Positions 24,241-32,201 of a stretch of 42,496 bases of DNA are shown here, piece by piece. Under the pieces are notes generated by a model. The model made no database searches, was not told where the DNA came from, and was given only the letters and a program-made list of their open reading frames with translations. The DNA is from Candidatus Wolfebacteria bacterium (GTDB lineage: Bacteria > Patescibacteriota > Minisyncoccia > UBA6257 > JAGOQP01). Numbering within the stretch: position 1 is the first letter of the stretch; each line of letters begins with the position of its first letter. The stretch lies in the NCBI GenBank assembly GCA_027350645.1, contig DAIEKJ010000001.1:1-42496 (forward strand), in the 5' to 3' direction. Both the position numbers and the translations under genes were made by a program.

Positions 24241-24843
24241 TTAAACTGACTTGCGCCGGAATACTTTTTTAGTAAATCCCTTTTCCTGCGTCTGAGCCGC
24301 CGTGCGCGTCCCCTCCTTCACCTCGCGTTCCTTCTCTTCCTTGGCCGCGGTGTCATGCGCCGGAACTTTGGAAGATTTTTCTTTGTGGGCCGCCGCGTGT
24401 GTTTTTTCCTTTTCTTTCTTCTTCGCTTTTGCTGTCTCAATGACGAATCGTGATGCCGATCCCTTTCCTGCGCGTTCTTCCAGTACAATCGTAATGTGGC
24501 TCATGACCTTGTGAATCGGCGTAGCCCGCCCCATGGCGCGCGGCATCCACCGCTTCATCATCGGACCCTTATTGGCAACCGCACTTTTAACAAAAAGATC
24601 TTCCACTTTCATGCCTTTATTTTTCGCGCTGGCGATTGCCGAACGCAATAACTGCTCAACCGAGCGGGCGGCGCGATTGGGAAGCGCAAACAACTGCGCC
24701 TGCGCATTGTTAATAGACAACCCCTGGATCAGATGAGTGACCAGGCGCGTCTTGCGCGGCGCCAGGTGGGCATAGCGCAAAACAACCGTCGTGGTCGGAT
24801 GAGCGGCAACTGTTTTTTTCTTTGTGGGTGTTGTTGGTGCCAT
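24241..24843 (-). CDS. rplV: 50S ribosomal protein uL22 (with N- and long Lys/Glu-rich C-terminal extensions)
   Basis: Core RYAHLAPRKTRLV...IQGLSINNAQAQL...PRAMGRATPIHKVMSHITIVL. About 70 extra C-terminal residues of low complexity. Confidence 0.88.
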   Translation of the reverse strand: MAPTTPTKKKTVAAHPTTTVVLRYAHLAPRKTRLVTHLIQGLSINNAQAQLFALPNRAARSVEQLLRSAIASAKNKGMKVEDLFVKSAVANKGPMMKRWMPRAMGRATPIHKVMSHITIVLEERAGKGSASRFVIETAKAKKKEKEKTHAAAHKEKSSKVPAHDTAAKEEKEREVKEGTRTAAQTQEKGFTKKVFRRKSV

Positions 24844-24863
24844 ACGTCGGTATGTTTCGTATC

Positions 24864-25172
24864 TTATTTAGCGGGAGCAGCCGGTTTTGTCGGCGTTCCT
24901 TTTTCCATTTCGCGCTGCATCTTGCCTCCGTGCTTCACGAACTTGCGCGTCTTTGAAAACTCGCCCAGTTTGTGTCCCACCATATCCTCAGTTACCCGCA
25001 CCGAGATAAAATCCTTTCCATTGTGGACCGCAAATGTATATCCCACCATTTCAGGAGCAATTTCGCTTCCGCGCGCCCATGTTTTAATCGGGCCGTTGTC
25101 GGGCTTTGCCGCTGTTACTTTCTTCAACAGCTTCTGATCAATATAGGGACCTTTTTTCGTGCTTCGCGACAT
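24864..25172 (-). CDS. rpsS: 30S ribosomal protein uS19
   Basis: [12 protein letters not shown]..., [29 protein letters not shown]. Confidence 0.92.
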   Translation of the reverse strand: MSRSTKKGPYIDQKLLKKVTAAKPDNGPIKTWARGSEIAPEMVGYTFAVHNGKDFISVRVTEDMVGHKLGEFSKTRKFVKHGGKMQREMEKGTPTKPAAPAK

Positions 25173-25199
25173 AGAGTATAAGTGAGATGTGATACGTGA

Positions 25200-26027
25200 T
25201 TATTTGCGACGCTTGATGATGAGCTTGGTTGAATACTTCTTCTTATTGCGGGTTTTGTGTCCGCCGGTCGTCTTGCCCCACAGCGTCTTGGGACGACGCG
25301 TGCCGCGCTTCTGGCGTCCTTCGCCACCGCCGTACGGATGATCAACCGGATTCATCGCCGATCCGCGTACCGTTGGACGAATGCCCAACCAGCGCGAGCG
25401 TCCGGCTTTCCCGATTGTCACCAGTGCGCTGTCCGGATTGGAAACCTGTCCCAGCGACGCATGCCCTTCCCACATAACCTTGCGCACCTCCCCGGAAGGC
25501 ATCTTGAGCGTGGTGTAATTATTGTCGTGCGCCAAAATCTGCGCGTATGATCCGGCCGATTTGGCCATCTGTCCTCCCTTACCCGGCATCAATTCGATGT
25601 TATACACCATATAACCCACCGGAATGCTCTTGAGCGCCATGCGGTTCCCCTCCTTGAGCGGCGCCGTATCTCCGACAACAACGGTGTTGCCGACTTTCAT
25701 TGTGTTTTCAGCCAAAATGTAACTGCGCTTCCCGTTGGCATATATAATACGAGCAATAAAGGCCGTGCGATACGGATCGTATTCAATCGCCTCAACACGC
25801 GCGGGCACGTTCAATTCACGCTGTTTAAAATCAACCATTCGGTAGAGCTTTTTATTGCCGCCACCCTGATGACGCGTTGTAATGCGCCCCTGATTGTTGC
25901 GCCCGGCATGCGTCGGCAACTTTTCAGTCAGCGCTTTGACCGGATGCCCCTTGGCAACCGTGCCGCGATAGACAACCGCGGTCATGTGCCGGCGCGATGG
26001 AGTTGTGGGAGAATACTTTTTAATCAT
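25200..26027 (-). CDS. rplB: 50S ribosomal protein uL2
   Basis: GRNNQGRITTRHQGGGNKKLYR, SAMNPVDHPYGGGEGR motifs. Confidence 0.93.
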   Translation of the reverse strand: MIKKYSPTTPSRRHMTAVVYRGTVAKGHPVKALTEKLPTHAGRNNQGRITTRHQGGGNKKLYRMVDFKQRELNVPARVEAIEYDPYRTAFIARIIYANGKRSYILAENTMKVGNTVVVGDTAPLKEGNRMALKSIPVGYMVYNIELMPGKGGQMAKSAGSYAQILAHDNNYTTLKMPSGEVRKVMWEGHASLGQVSNPDSALVTIGKAGRSRWLGIRPTVRGSAMNPVDHPYGGGEGRQKRGTRRPKTLWGKTTGGHKTRNKKKYSTKLIIKRRK

Positions 26028-26045
26028 AGATGTGATAACAAATGT

Positions 26046-26399
26046 TTAGCGGACCCCCAGATCTATTTTCTGGCCGGCTTTAATCGTAACGATCATCTTT
26101 TTGGTCACCGACTTCTTTCCGGCAACACCTTTCAAGCGGCGCTGTTTCTCCTCACCGACAATACTGCGCACCCGCACCGGATCAACGCTATACAGTTTTT
26201 TGATCTGCTTCTTTATCTCGCTCTTCGTAGCCGTCGGAGCCACGCGGAAAACATACTGATTTTTTTCAGACAAGCGCAGCGCTTTTTCGGTGATATGCGG
26301 CCGCTGAATGCGCAAAATAATCGCCTGCGGAACTGCCGGCTGTTTTGCCGCCGCGGACGACTTCTTTTCCTCTTTGGATGATTTTGTAAAAATAGCCAT
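26046..26399 (-). CDS. rplW: 50S ribosomal protein uL23 (N-terminal extension)
   Basis: ITEKALRLSEKNQYVFRVAPTATKSEIKKQIKKLY between rplD and rplB. Confidence 0.88.
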   Translation of the reverse strand: MAIFTKSSKEEKKSSAAAKQPAVPQAIILRIQRPHITEKALRLSEKNQYVFRVAPTATKSEIKKQIKKLYSVDPVRVRSIVGEEKQRRLKGVAGKKSVTKKMIVTIKAGQKIDLGVR

Positions 26400-26407
26400 A
26401 CGATAGA

Positions 26408-27055
26408 TTATGCGGCCGCGCGCACCTGCGCGTAGTGGGCGATGATTTCTTTTACCGCGTCTTTTTCAATAATTATTTTTTTAGGCGTCAGCACATCAAC
26501 GATATTGAGCGACGTCGGCGCGATCGTGCGCGTCCGTGGCATATTGCGAACCCCACGTTGCAGGGGCGCATGCTCTTTTGCAAAAATAACTCCGATGCTC
26601 TCGCGGCCGCTCATAAACGACTGCAGTGCCTTGCGCACATTCTTGGTTGTCGCCGTTATGCCGCCAAACCCTTCAACGACAAAAAGTTCCTTGTCGGCGT
26701 ATTTTTTTGAAAGAACCGAAAAAACCGCTTTCTGAGCCATCTTCTTATTAATAGCGCGGGCATAAATCTTGTCCTTGAGCGGACCGTGCGTCACGCCGCC
26801 ACCACTCCACAAGGGAGAGCGGATAGAGCCATGTCGAGCGCGCCCCGTTCCTTTTTGCTTCCATGGCTTTCTGCCGCCACCGCGGACTTCGCTGCGATCT
26901 TTGGCGTGCGCAACCGTATTGCGGCTGTTGGCCTGTTGGGTTACCAATGCCTGGTGGACCAAATCGCTGTTCCAGGGCGTTTGAATAAACGCGGCGGGAA
27001 CCTCAATGGTCTCCTTTTCCTTTCCCTCCAAGTTGTAGACTGAAATCTGAGCCAT
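26408..27055 (-). CDS. rplD: 50S ribosomal protein uL4
   Basis: RSEVRGGGRKPWKQKGTGRARHGSIRSPLWSGGGVTHGP motif. Confidence 0.92.
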   Translation of the reverse strand: MAQISVYNLEGKEKETIEVPAAFIQTPWNSDLVHQALVTQQANSRNTVAHAKDRSEVRGGGRKPWKQKGTGRARHGSIRSPLWSGGGVTHGPLKDKIYARAINKKMAQKAVFSVLSKKYADKELFVVEGFGGITATTKNVRKALQSFMSGRESIGVIFAKEHAPLQRGVRNMPRTRTIAPTSLNIVDVLTPKKIIIEKDAVKEIIAHYAQVRAAA

Positions 27056-27062
27056 GGTTTTA

Positions 27063-27671
27063 TTATTTCTGGATCAACACTAAGCTTTTTTTATTGCTTC
27101 CCGGGATCGATCCTTTGAGAAAAAGGAGGTTCTTTTCGGCATCAATGGCAACCACAGGAACATTTCTGATGGTCACCGTCTCTCCTCCCATGCGTCCGGC
27201 CATTTTTTTGCCGGGAACCACGCGCTGCGGAGCGGTCGGTCCCAGTGATCCCAATGCCCGATGACGATTTTTTTGTCCATGTGTTTTGGGGCCGCCATGA
27301 AATCCATGCCGCTTGACCACGCCCTGGAAGCCACGCCCCTTTTCAGTTCCGGTGATACGCACCGTATCCCCAGGCGCAAAAGCGGACACGGTAATCGTGT
27401 CCCCTATGGCATACGCCTCATCTTTATTCTTTTTGAACTCACGCAAGACACGGAATTTTCCAAGATCCTTCAGATGTCCGGCGACCGATTTAGTCAGATG
27501 CTTGGCGGTATTGTCGTAACCAACCTGGAACGCTTCGTAGCCGTCCTTCTCCTTGGTCTTAACCTGCGTCACCACCACCGGCCCAGCGGAAAGAACGGTC
27601 ACCGGAATAACGGCGCCGTTTTCACCCCAGACCTGATCCATTTTGATTTTTTTTGCGACAAGAAATGCCAT
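27063..27671 (-). CDS. rplC: 50S ribosomal protein uL3
   Basis: GFQGVVKRHGFHGGPKTHGQKNRHRALGSLG motif. ATG at 27671 (MAFLVAKKIKMDQVW). The track ORF extends 7 codons further. Confidence 0.9.
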   Translation of the reverse strand: MAFLVAKKIKMDQVWGENGAVIPVTVLSAGPVVVTQVKTKEKDGYEAFQVGYDNTAKHLTKSVAGHLKDLGKFRVLREFKKNKDEAYAIGDTITVSAFAPGDTVRITGTEKGRGFQGVVKRHGFHGGPKTHGQKNRHRALGSLGPTAPQRVVPGKKMAGRMGGETVTIRNVPVVAIDAEKNLLFLKGSIPGSNKKSLVLIQK

Positions 27672-27692
27672 ACGATTTTCACAAAACAACAC

Positions 27693-27782
27693 GACAGCGC
27701 GATGCGCTGTCCCACATTAGGAACTATGCAGTTGTAATGTGGCAGTGCTTGAAAAGGTAGCAAAAACAAAGAGGCCTGTCAA
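27693..27782 (-). promoter_or_regulatory. Putative promoter plus structured 5' leader of the rplC operon
   Basis: Minus strand: TTGACA (27782-27777), 17 nt, weak TACCTT. Then two hairpins in the leader: cacatta...taatgtg (27713-27741) and gacagcgc-atc-gcgctgtc (27693-27711). The second ends 21 nt before the rplC ATG. Confidence 0.3.
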
Positions 27783-27898
27783 CCGGGGGCGGAGAAAGAC
27801 AAAAGAATCGGGGCGGAGGAGAGAGAATGCGGGGGTTGGGATACAAAGACCAGTCGCCAGTTGTTGGTTAGCGCCCGCCACTCCCTCAACCTTTTTCG

Positions 27899-28990
27899 TT
27901 ACATCTCCTCCCTTTTGATTCTTCCCATAATGCCCATTGCTTCTTCGGGCGAATAAAAATGAATGACGATTTTCCCTCCGCCACGCGCAAACTCAACGCT
28001 CACCGGCGTTCCCAAAAATTCCGAAAGCGCCTTTTCGATCCCCTTCATTTCAATATCATCCACGCGTATCCCCTGCACCAAAGCCGCATCTCCGTTTGCA
28101 CCGGAAACTTCTTTTGTTTTCACTATCCGTTTTTTTAAATCACGCACCGACAATCCTCCTTCCATGGTTTGCGCAAACATTTCTTTCTGTTGTTGAGGAT
28201 CAGTAATCTGCAACAGAAGCCGCGCCTGGCTTTCGCTCAACGCACCGCTCCCGACCGCATCCTGAATCTGGCTGGGCAGCGACAACAAGCGCAACGCGTT
28301 GGCAACGACTTCGCGGCTTTTGCCCAAGCGCGCCGCAATTTCACGCTGAGTCAGACCAAATTCATCGGAGAGTCGCGCATAGGCGCGCGCCGTTTCAATC
28401 ACATTTAAATCCGCGCGCTGAATATTTTCCACGATTGCCATCTCGAGCGCTTCCGTTTTTTTGAGCGCGTTGCGGATAACCACCGGCACCGTCGAGAGTC
28501 CCAGCAGTTTTGACGCCATCAAGCGCCGCTGTCCGGCGATCAGCTGATACGTCACGCGCGTGCCGATTTCGGACTCTTCTTCGATTTTCGAGACCACTAG
28601 CGGCTGGAGAATGCCAAACTCGCGGATAGACGACGCCAGTTCCTTGAGCGCCTCCTGGTCAAAATCAGTACGAGGTTGATACGGATTGAGAATTATTTTT
28701 TCTATCTCAATGTGGAAAATCGGCCCGGAAATATGCGGAACGCGACTGGCATCGGAACGAAAAGCATCCGCGCGCTGTTCCTCATCCGATTGCTGATCAA
28801 GGGCAGGTTCTGCCCGACCATCATCAGCCGGCGCCATTTCCTCGTCAGCAAGATTGCCGCGCCCAGCGCCACGCGAAGACAAATCCTTACCGGAAGCATC
28901 CTGCGCCCCATCGTCTCCCTGCGCAAAAGAAGCGCCCAGCGCTCCTCCCTTCTTATTCGGAATCAATGATTCAAGTCCTCGTCCCAACAT
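27899..28990 (-). CDS. parB: Chromosome partitioning protein ParB/Spo0J (with a roughly 75-aa low-complexity insert after the N-terminal motif)
   Basis: N-terminal LGRGLESLIP, ParB-box LIAGQRRLMASKLLG, and an HTH (LTQREIAARLGKSREVVANALRLL). Confidence 0.88.
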   Translation of the reverse strand: MLGRGLESLIPNKKGGALGASFAQGDDGAQDASGKDLSSRGAGRGNLADEEMAPADDGRAEPALDQQSDEEQRADAFRSDASRVPHISGPIFHIEIEKIILNPYQPRTDFDQEALKELASSIREFGILQPLVVSKIEEESEIGTRVTYQLIAGQRRLMASKLLGLSTVPVVIRNALKKTEALEMAIVENIQRADLNVIETARAYARLSDEFGLTQREIAARLGKSREVVANALRLLSLPSQIQDAVGSGALSESQARLLLQITDPQQQKEMFAQTMEGGLSVRDLKKRIVKTKEVSGANGDAALVQGIRVDDIEMKGIEKALSEFLGTPVSVEFARGGGKIVIHFYSPEEAMGIMGRIKREEM

Positions 28991-28999
28991 ATATATAGG

Positions 29000-29815
29000 T
29001 TATTTGAGTTCAACGCGCCCAACGCTGTTGTAAATGGTATGAAACGGATCGGCGCCTTCCTGCGCCACAATTTCGCGCGCCAGCAATTCATAGGCCTTAG
29101 CACCCGCGCAATGCGGATCGTACAGAATCACCGGCTTGGAAAAACTGGGCGCCTCGGCCAGCGAGACCGACCGCGGGATTTCGGTACTGTACACATGGTG
29201 GGGAAAATGTTTGCGCACTTCCCGCGCCACATCGCGGCTCAATGTTTCGCGCTTATTATACATCGTCAGCACCGCACCGGCAATGTGAATGCTGGTTCCT
29301 AAATTTTTATTAATCAGATCAACCGTCTCGAGCAATTGGCTCAAGCCCTCCAGACTGTAGTACTCCGATTGGATGGGAATAAGCACTTCGTCGGCGGCGA
29401 TCAAACCGTTAATCGCCAGCAAGCTCAAGCTGGGCGGCAGATCGATGAGAATGTACTGGTACTGGTGGCGCACGCGGTTGAGCAGACGGCGCAAAACAAA
29501 CTCCCGTTCGGGGACTTCAATGAGCTCAATTAATGCGCCCGCCAAATCGGGACTGGCCGGAGCAATGTGCAGATTCAAAAGCGCCGTCGGTTTGATCACC
29601 TTATCGTGTTCGATATAGCCAAACAACGCGTGATAAATGCTTTCCTGCAAAAAACGCGGCGAGATGCCTAAACCCGAGGACGCATTCCCCTGCGGATCAA
29701 AATCAACGATAAGCACCTTCCTCCCCAATGCCGCCAAGTATGCGCCAAGATTAACGGCAGTTGTCGTTTTTCCCACGCCCCCCTTTTGATTACAGATTGC
29801 GATAACGCGCGCCAT
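29000..29815 (-). CDS. parA: Chromosome partitioning ATPase ParA/Soj
   Basis: Deviant Walker A NQKGGVGKTTTAVNL, FDPQGNAS, ILIDLPPSL motifs. Directly upstream of parB. Confidence 0.9.
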   Translation of the reverse strand: MARVIAICNQKGGVGKTTTAVNLGAYLAALGRKVLIVDFDPQGNASSGLGISPRFLQESIYHALFGYIEHDKVIKPTALLNLHIAPASPDLAGALIELIEVPEREFVLRRLLNRVRHQYQYILIDLPPSLSLLAINGLIAADEVLIPIQSEYYSLEGLSQLLETVDLINKNLGTSIHIAGAVLTMYNKRETLSRDVAREVRKHFPHHVYSTEIPRSVSLAEAPSFSKPVILYDPHCAGAKAYELLAREIVAQEGADPFHTIYNSVGRVELK

Positions 29816-29933
29816 TACCGTTGATTGTAACGCAAAAGAATGATAGTATCAACCGAGAAAAAACGAACGACAGACAATCCACCACAAACAACGGGGAATG
29901 ATCGGGCGTTGTTCGTCGTACGTTGTTGGTTGT

Positions 29934-29949
29934 TTATTTGCCTAGGTGG
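29934..29949 (+). repeat. 16-nt copy of the tRNA-Leu 5' end plus 6 upstream nt (ttatttGCCTAGGTGG)
   Basis: Identical to 30033-30048. Followed by a perfect 8-bp hairpin gttccgac-aataa-gtcggaac (29951-29971). Confidence 0.6.
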
Positions 29950-30038
29950 GTTCCGACAATAAGTCGGAACGGGAGCAAAAGCTCTCTGGGCCGCCACCGA
30001 GGACAATTTTTTGACCCAGGCCCTGCCGAGAATTATTT

Positions 30039-30120
30039 GCCTAGGTGGCGGAATTGGTATACGCGCACGACTCAAAATCGTGTCTCGAAAGGGATGAGGG
30101 TTCGAGTCCCTCCCTAGGCA
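30039..30120 (+). tRNA. tRNA-Leu (anticodon CAA), type II with long variable arm
   Basis: Hand fold: acceptor GCCTAGG/CCTAGGC. D-stem GCG/CGC with a GG-containing loop. Anticodon stem CACGA/TCGTG with loop CTCAAAA. 13-nt variable arm. T-arm GAGGG-TTCGAGT-CCCTC. Discriminator A. No encoded CCA. Confidence 0.85.
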
Positions 30121-30179
30121 CATAAAAGAATGGCCCCGTCAGGGGTCATTTTTTGTGTGCTTAGATTGAGGTGCTCAAA
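30108..30179 (+). repeat. 72-bp direct repeat, copy 1 (tRNA-Leu 3' 13 nt plus terminator plus 24 nt)
   Basis: ccctccctaggcacataaaagaatggccccgtcaggggtcattttttgtgtgcTtagattgaggtgctcaaa. Matches 30271-30342 with one mismatch (30161 T versus 30324 C). Confidence 0.85.
30130..30155 (+). terminator. Intrinsic terminator after tRNA-Leu
   Basis: atggcccc-gtca-ggggtcat hairpin followed by a T-run (TTTTTGTGTG). Confidence 0.65.
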
Positions 30180-30270
30180 CTACGAACCCCCGTGTTGGAA
30201 AATAGGAGCGAAGCGACGTAAGAAACCCGAAGGTTTCTTAAGCGGGGGTCGGGGGTGAGCGGTGAGATTC

Positions 30271-30342
30271 CCCTCCCTAGGCACATAAAAGAATGGCCCC
30301 GTCAGGGGTCATTTTTTGTGTGCCTAGATTGAGGTGCTCAAA
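30271..30342 (+). repeat. 72-bp direct repeat, copy 2 (overlaps the last 6 codons and the stop of the PAP2 gene)
   Basis: Same sequence as 30108-30179 with one mismatch. Separated from copy 1 by a 91-bp spacer containing the 9-bp hairpin taagaaacc-cgaa-ggtttctta (30219-30240). Confidence 0.85.
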
Positions 30343-30932
30343 TCATTCTCTACCCTCACCCCTTCTCCAATTCCCTTCTCCCTGGGCAACCACTTTACCA
30401 TCGCCCAAAAAACCAATCCGGCAATCACCGCGCCGCCAACAACATCGCTAGGCCAATGAACGCCCACCGCCACTCTCCCCCAGGCAATAAGAACCGCCAT
30501 AATTGTTCCCGCCCAGCCCCATTTTTTATTGTACAGAAAAAGCGCAAACGCCAAGAAGAAAGAGAAGGTCGCGTGCCCCGATGGAAATGACGCCGTGGGA
30601 GCATGATGCACCAGCGTCGTTACGGACAACTCAACAAATGGCCGCGCGCGGTTGAAGATGAAATAAAATGCCTCCGCAATAAAGCCGCGAGCCAGCACTT
30701 CGCCGGCCACAGCAAAGAGAAAAAGATACGCTTGCTTCTTCCGGCTCCGTTCGCGGGCTAATGCGACAAGAAACACTGCTCCCAGCACCACGATCAAATA
30801 CTCGGCGCAAAAGATCGCAAACCACGACACCCATGGATTTTGCGCACTCCGAAAAATAAACCAAAAAAGGGAAACATCAAACGCGTGCATAATGATGAGA
30901 AGCAGTATAGCAAAACGCGTGCCCAGATGCAC
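30324..30932 (-). CDS. PAP2-family phosphatase (undecaprenyl-diphosphate / lipid phosphatase-like)
   Basis: PAP2 motifs: NRARPF, FPSGHAT, GRVAVGVHWPSDVVGG. Six hydrophobic segments. The track start at 30932 is a GTG. The first ATG is 14 codons in. Confidence 0.75.
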   Translation of the reverse strand: MHLGTRFAILLLIIMHAFDVSLFWFIFRSAQNPWVSWFAIFCAEYLIVVLGAVFLVALARERSRKKQAYLFLFAVAGEVLARGFIAEAFYFIFNRARPFVELSVTTLVHHAPTASFPSGHATFSFFLAFALFLYNKKWGWAGTIMAVLIAWGRVAVGVHWPSDVVGGAVIAGLVFWAMVKWLPREKGIGEGVRVENDLSTSI

Positions 30933-30956
30933 GCGTTCTACCGACCCGACAAAGCA

Positions 30957-31190
30957 TTAGTATTTCTTAACGTAGGAAAGCAATCCAAGGAACCGCGCCC
31001 GCTTAATCGCCTGCGCCAGCGCGCGCTGATGCTTTGCGCACGTGCTGGTGTGCTGCGGATCGACTATTTTCCCCTGAGAGGAAATAAACCGACGCAACAA
31101 CGGAACGTCTTTGTAATCGATATCTTTGTAGTTTTGCGAGCAGAAGAAACACTGTGTCGCTTTTGCCGCTGTTTTCTGTGTCGTACGCAT
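30957..31190 (-). CDS. rpsR: 30S ribosomal protein bS18
   Basis: [29 protein letters not shown]...[22 protein letters not shown]. Confidence 0.92.
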   Translation of the reverse strand: MRTTQKTAAKATQCFFCSQNYKDIDYKDVPLLRRFISSQGKIVDPQHTSTCAKHQRALAQAIKRARFLGLLSYVKKY

Positions 31191-31195
31191 ACTTG

Positions 31196-31675
31196 TTAAA
31201 ATGGCAGATCTTCGGGTTTAATATCTTCTTCATCCAATGAAATTTCGGGGATATTTTCTTCAAGCGAATCCTCAAACGCTTCTTTGCGGGCCGCCGGAGC
31301 AGGAGTGTTTGGCCGCGCTGTTCCCGTCGGCGCCGCGCCGCTATTGGCCGACCGAGGCCCAAACTGCAACCGTTCGGCGACAATCTCGGTCACTTTATGA
31401 TTCTGATTTTGTGCATCCTTCCAACTGCGCGTGCGCAGACGCCCCTCAACCAGCACCAGGCTCCCCTTGGAAAGAAACTGACTGGCCAGCTCGGCTTGCC
31501 GCCCCCACACGACAACATTATGAAATTCCGCCTCTTCCTGTTTGGCGCCGGCCTTGTCGGTCCAGACGCGATTGGTTGCGACTGAAAAATTGGTAACTGC
31601 CTGCCCGGTCGGCGTGGCCTTGAGGACGAGATCCGATGTGACGCGACCGACGATAAATACTTTATTGAGATTCAT
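31196..31675 (-). CDS. ssb: Single-stranded DNA-binding protein
   Basis: OB-fold [15 protein letters not shown]...[12 protein letters not shown]. Gly/Pro/Ala linker and an acidic tip ending DLPF. Sits between rpsF and rpsR. Confidence 0.9.
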   Translation of the reverse strand: MNLNKVFIVGRVTSDLVLKATPTGQAVTNFSVATNRVWTDKAGAKQEEAEFHNVVVWGRQAELASQFLSKGSLVLVEGRLRTRSWKDAQNQNHKVTEIVAERLQFGPRSANSGAAPTGTARPNTPAPAARKEAFEDSLEENIPEISLDEEDIKPEDLPF

Positions 31676-31710
31676 AGTGATGCGCCGCCCTTAATCGGGT
31701 GCGGCAATGG

Positions 31711-32148
31711 TTATTGTAAAATCTCTTCAAGTTTCTTTTCCAATTCTTCGTTGCTCACCACTTCTCCCTTGTGCTGCTCTTCCTGCGATGCCCCAACCGC
31801 GGTCTGATGGAGGTGAGGCGCGTGCGTCGCATCGTGCAAGCGCGGCAACCGGACCACCGGCGCAATCGGATGCGCGATTAAGAGAAACCGGAGACACTGC
31901 GGAGAAACCTCGAGACGCTTGCGCATTTCCTTAAGATCCGTTTCGGGCGTCGCGACACACCGCATCGTGGTCATATAAGCCATCGTTTCCTTTTTGATGG
32001 GATAGGCCAACGCGATGTGCTTTAGCTCGGTCTGATGAGCAATATCAAGACCCGCCTCGCGTAAAATTCCCTGCACGTTTTGAAGCCCCGCCTCTTCTTT
32101 AAGCAGAAGGGTTAGCTCGTATTCTTTTGTTTCGTAGTCGTTATTCAT
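31711..32148 (-). CDS. rpsF: 30S ribosomal protein bS6 (with C-terminal extension)
   Basis: YELTLLLKEE... start (ATG at 32148; the track ORF begins 10 codons earlier). rpsF-ssb-rpsR synteny. The C-terminal half is atypical. Confidence 0.75.
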   Translation of the reverse strand: MNNDYETKEYELTLLLKEEAGLQNVQGILREAGLDIAHQTELKHIALAYPIKKETMAYMTTMRCVATPETDLKEMRKRLEVSPQCLRFLLIAHPIAPVVRLPRLHDATHAPHLHQTAVGASQEEQHKGEVVSNEELEKKLEEILQ

Positions 32149-32201
32149 AGCATACAATGACTGATTTTGCCGCCTCACGATAGCACATCGTTTTTAATAA
32201 C

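Noticed and set aside
27790-27830. Two nearby copies of cggggcggag between parB and the rplC promoter region
   Set aside because: Short, purine-rich and imperfect. It is plausibly chance or part of parB 3' UTR structure, and not enough to call a regulatory repeat.
29815-30123. 102-aa minus-strand ORF spanning the parA-tRNA intergenic region
   Set aside because: It runs antisense through the tRNA-Leu gene and the repeat/hairpin region. Its composition is odd (Arg/Pro-rich) and it has no RBS. It is most likely non-coding.
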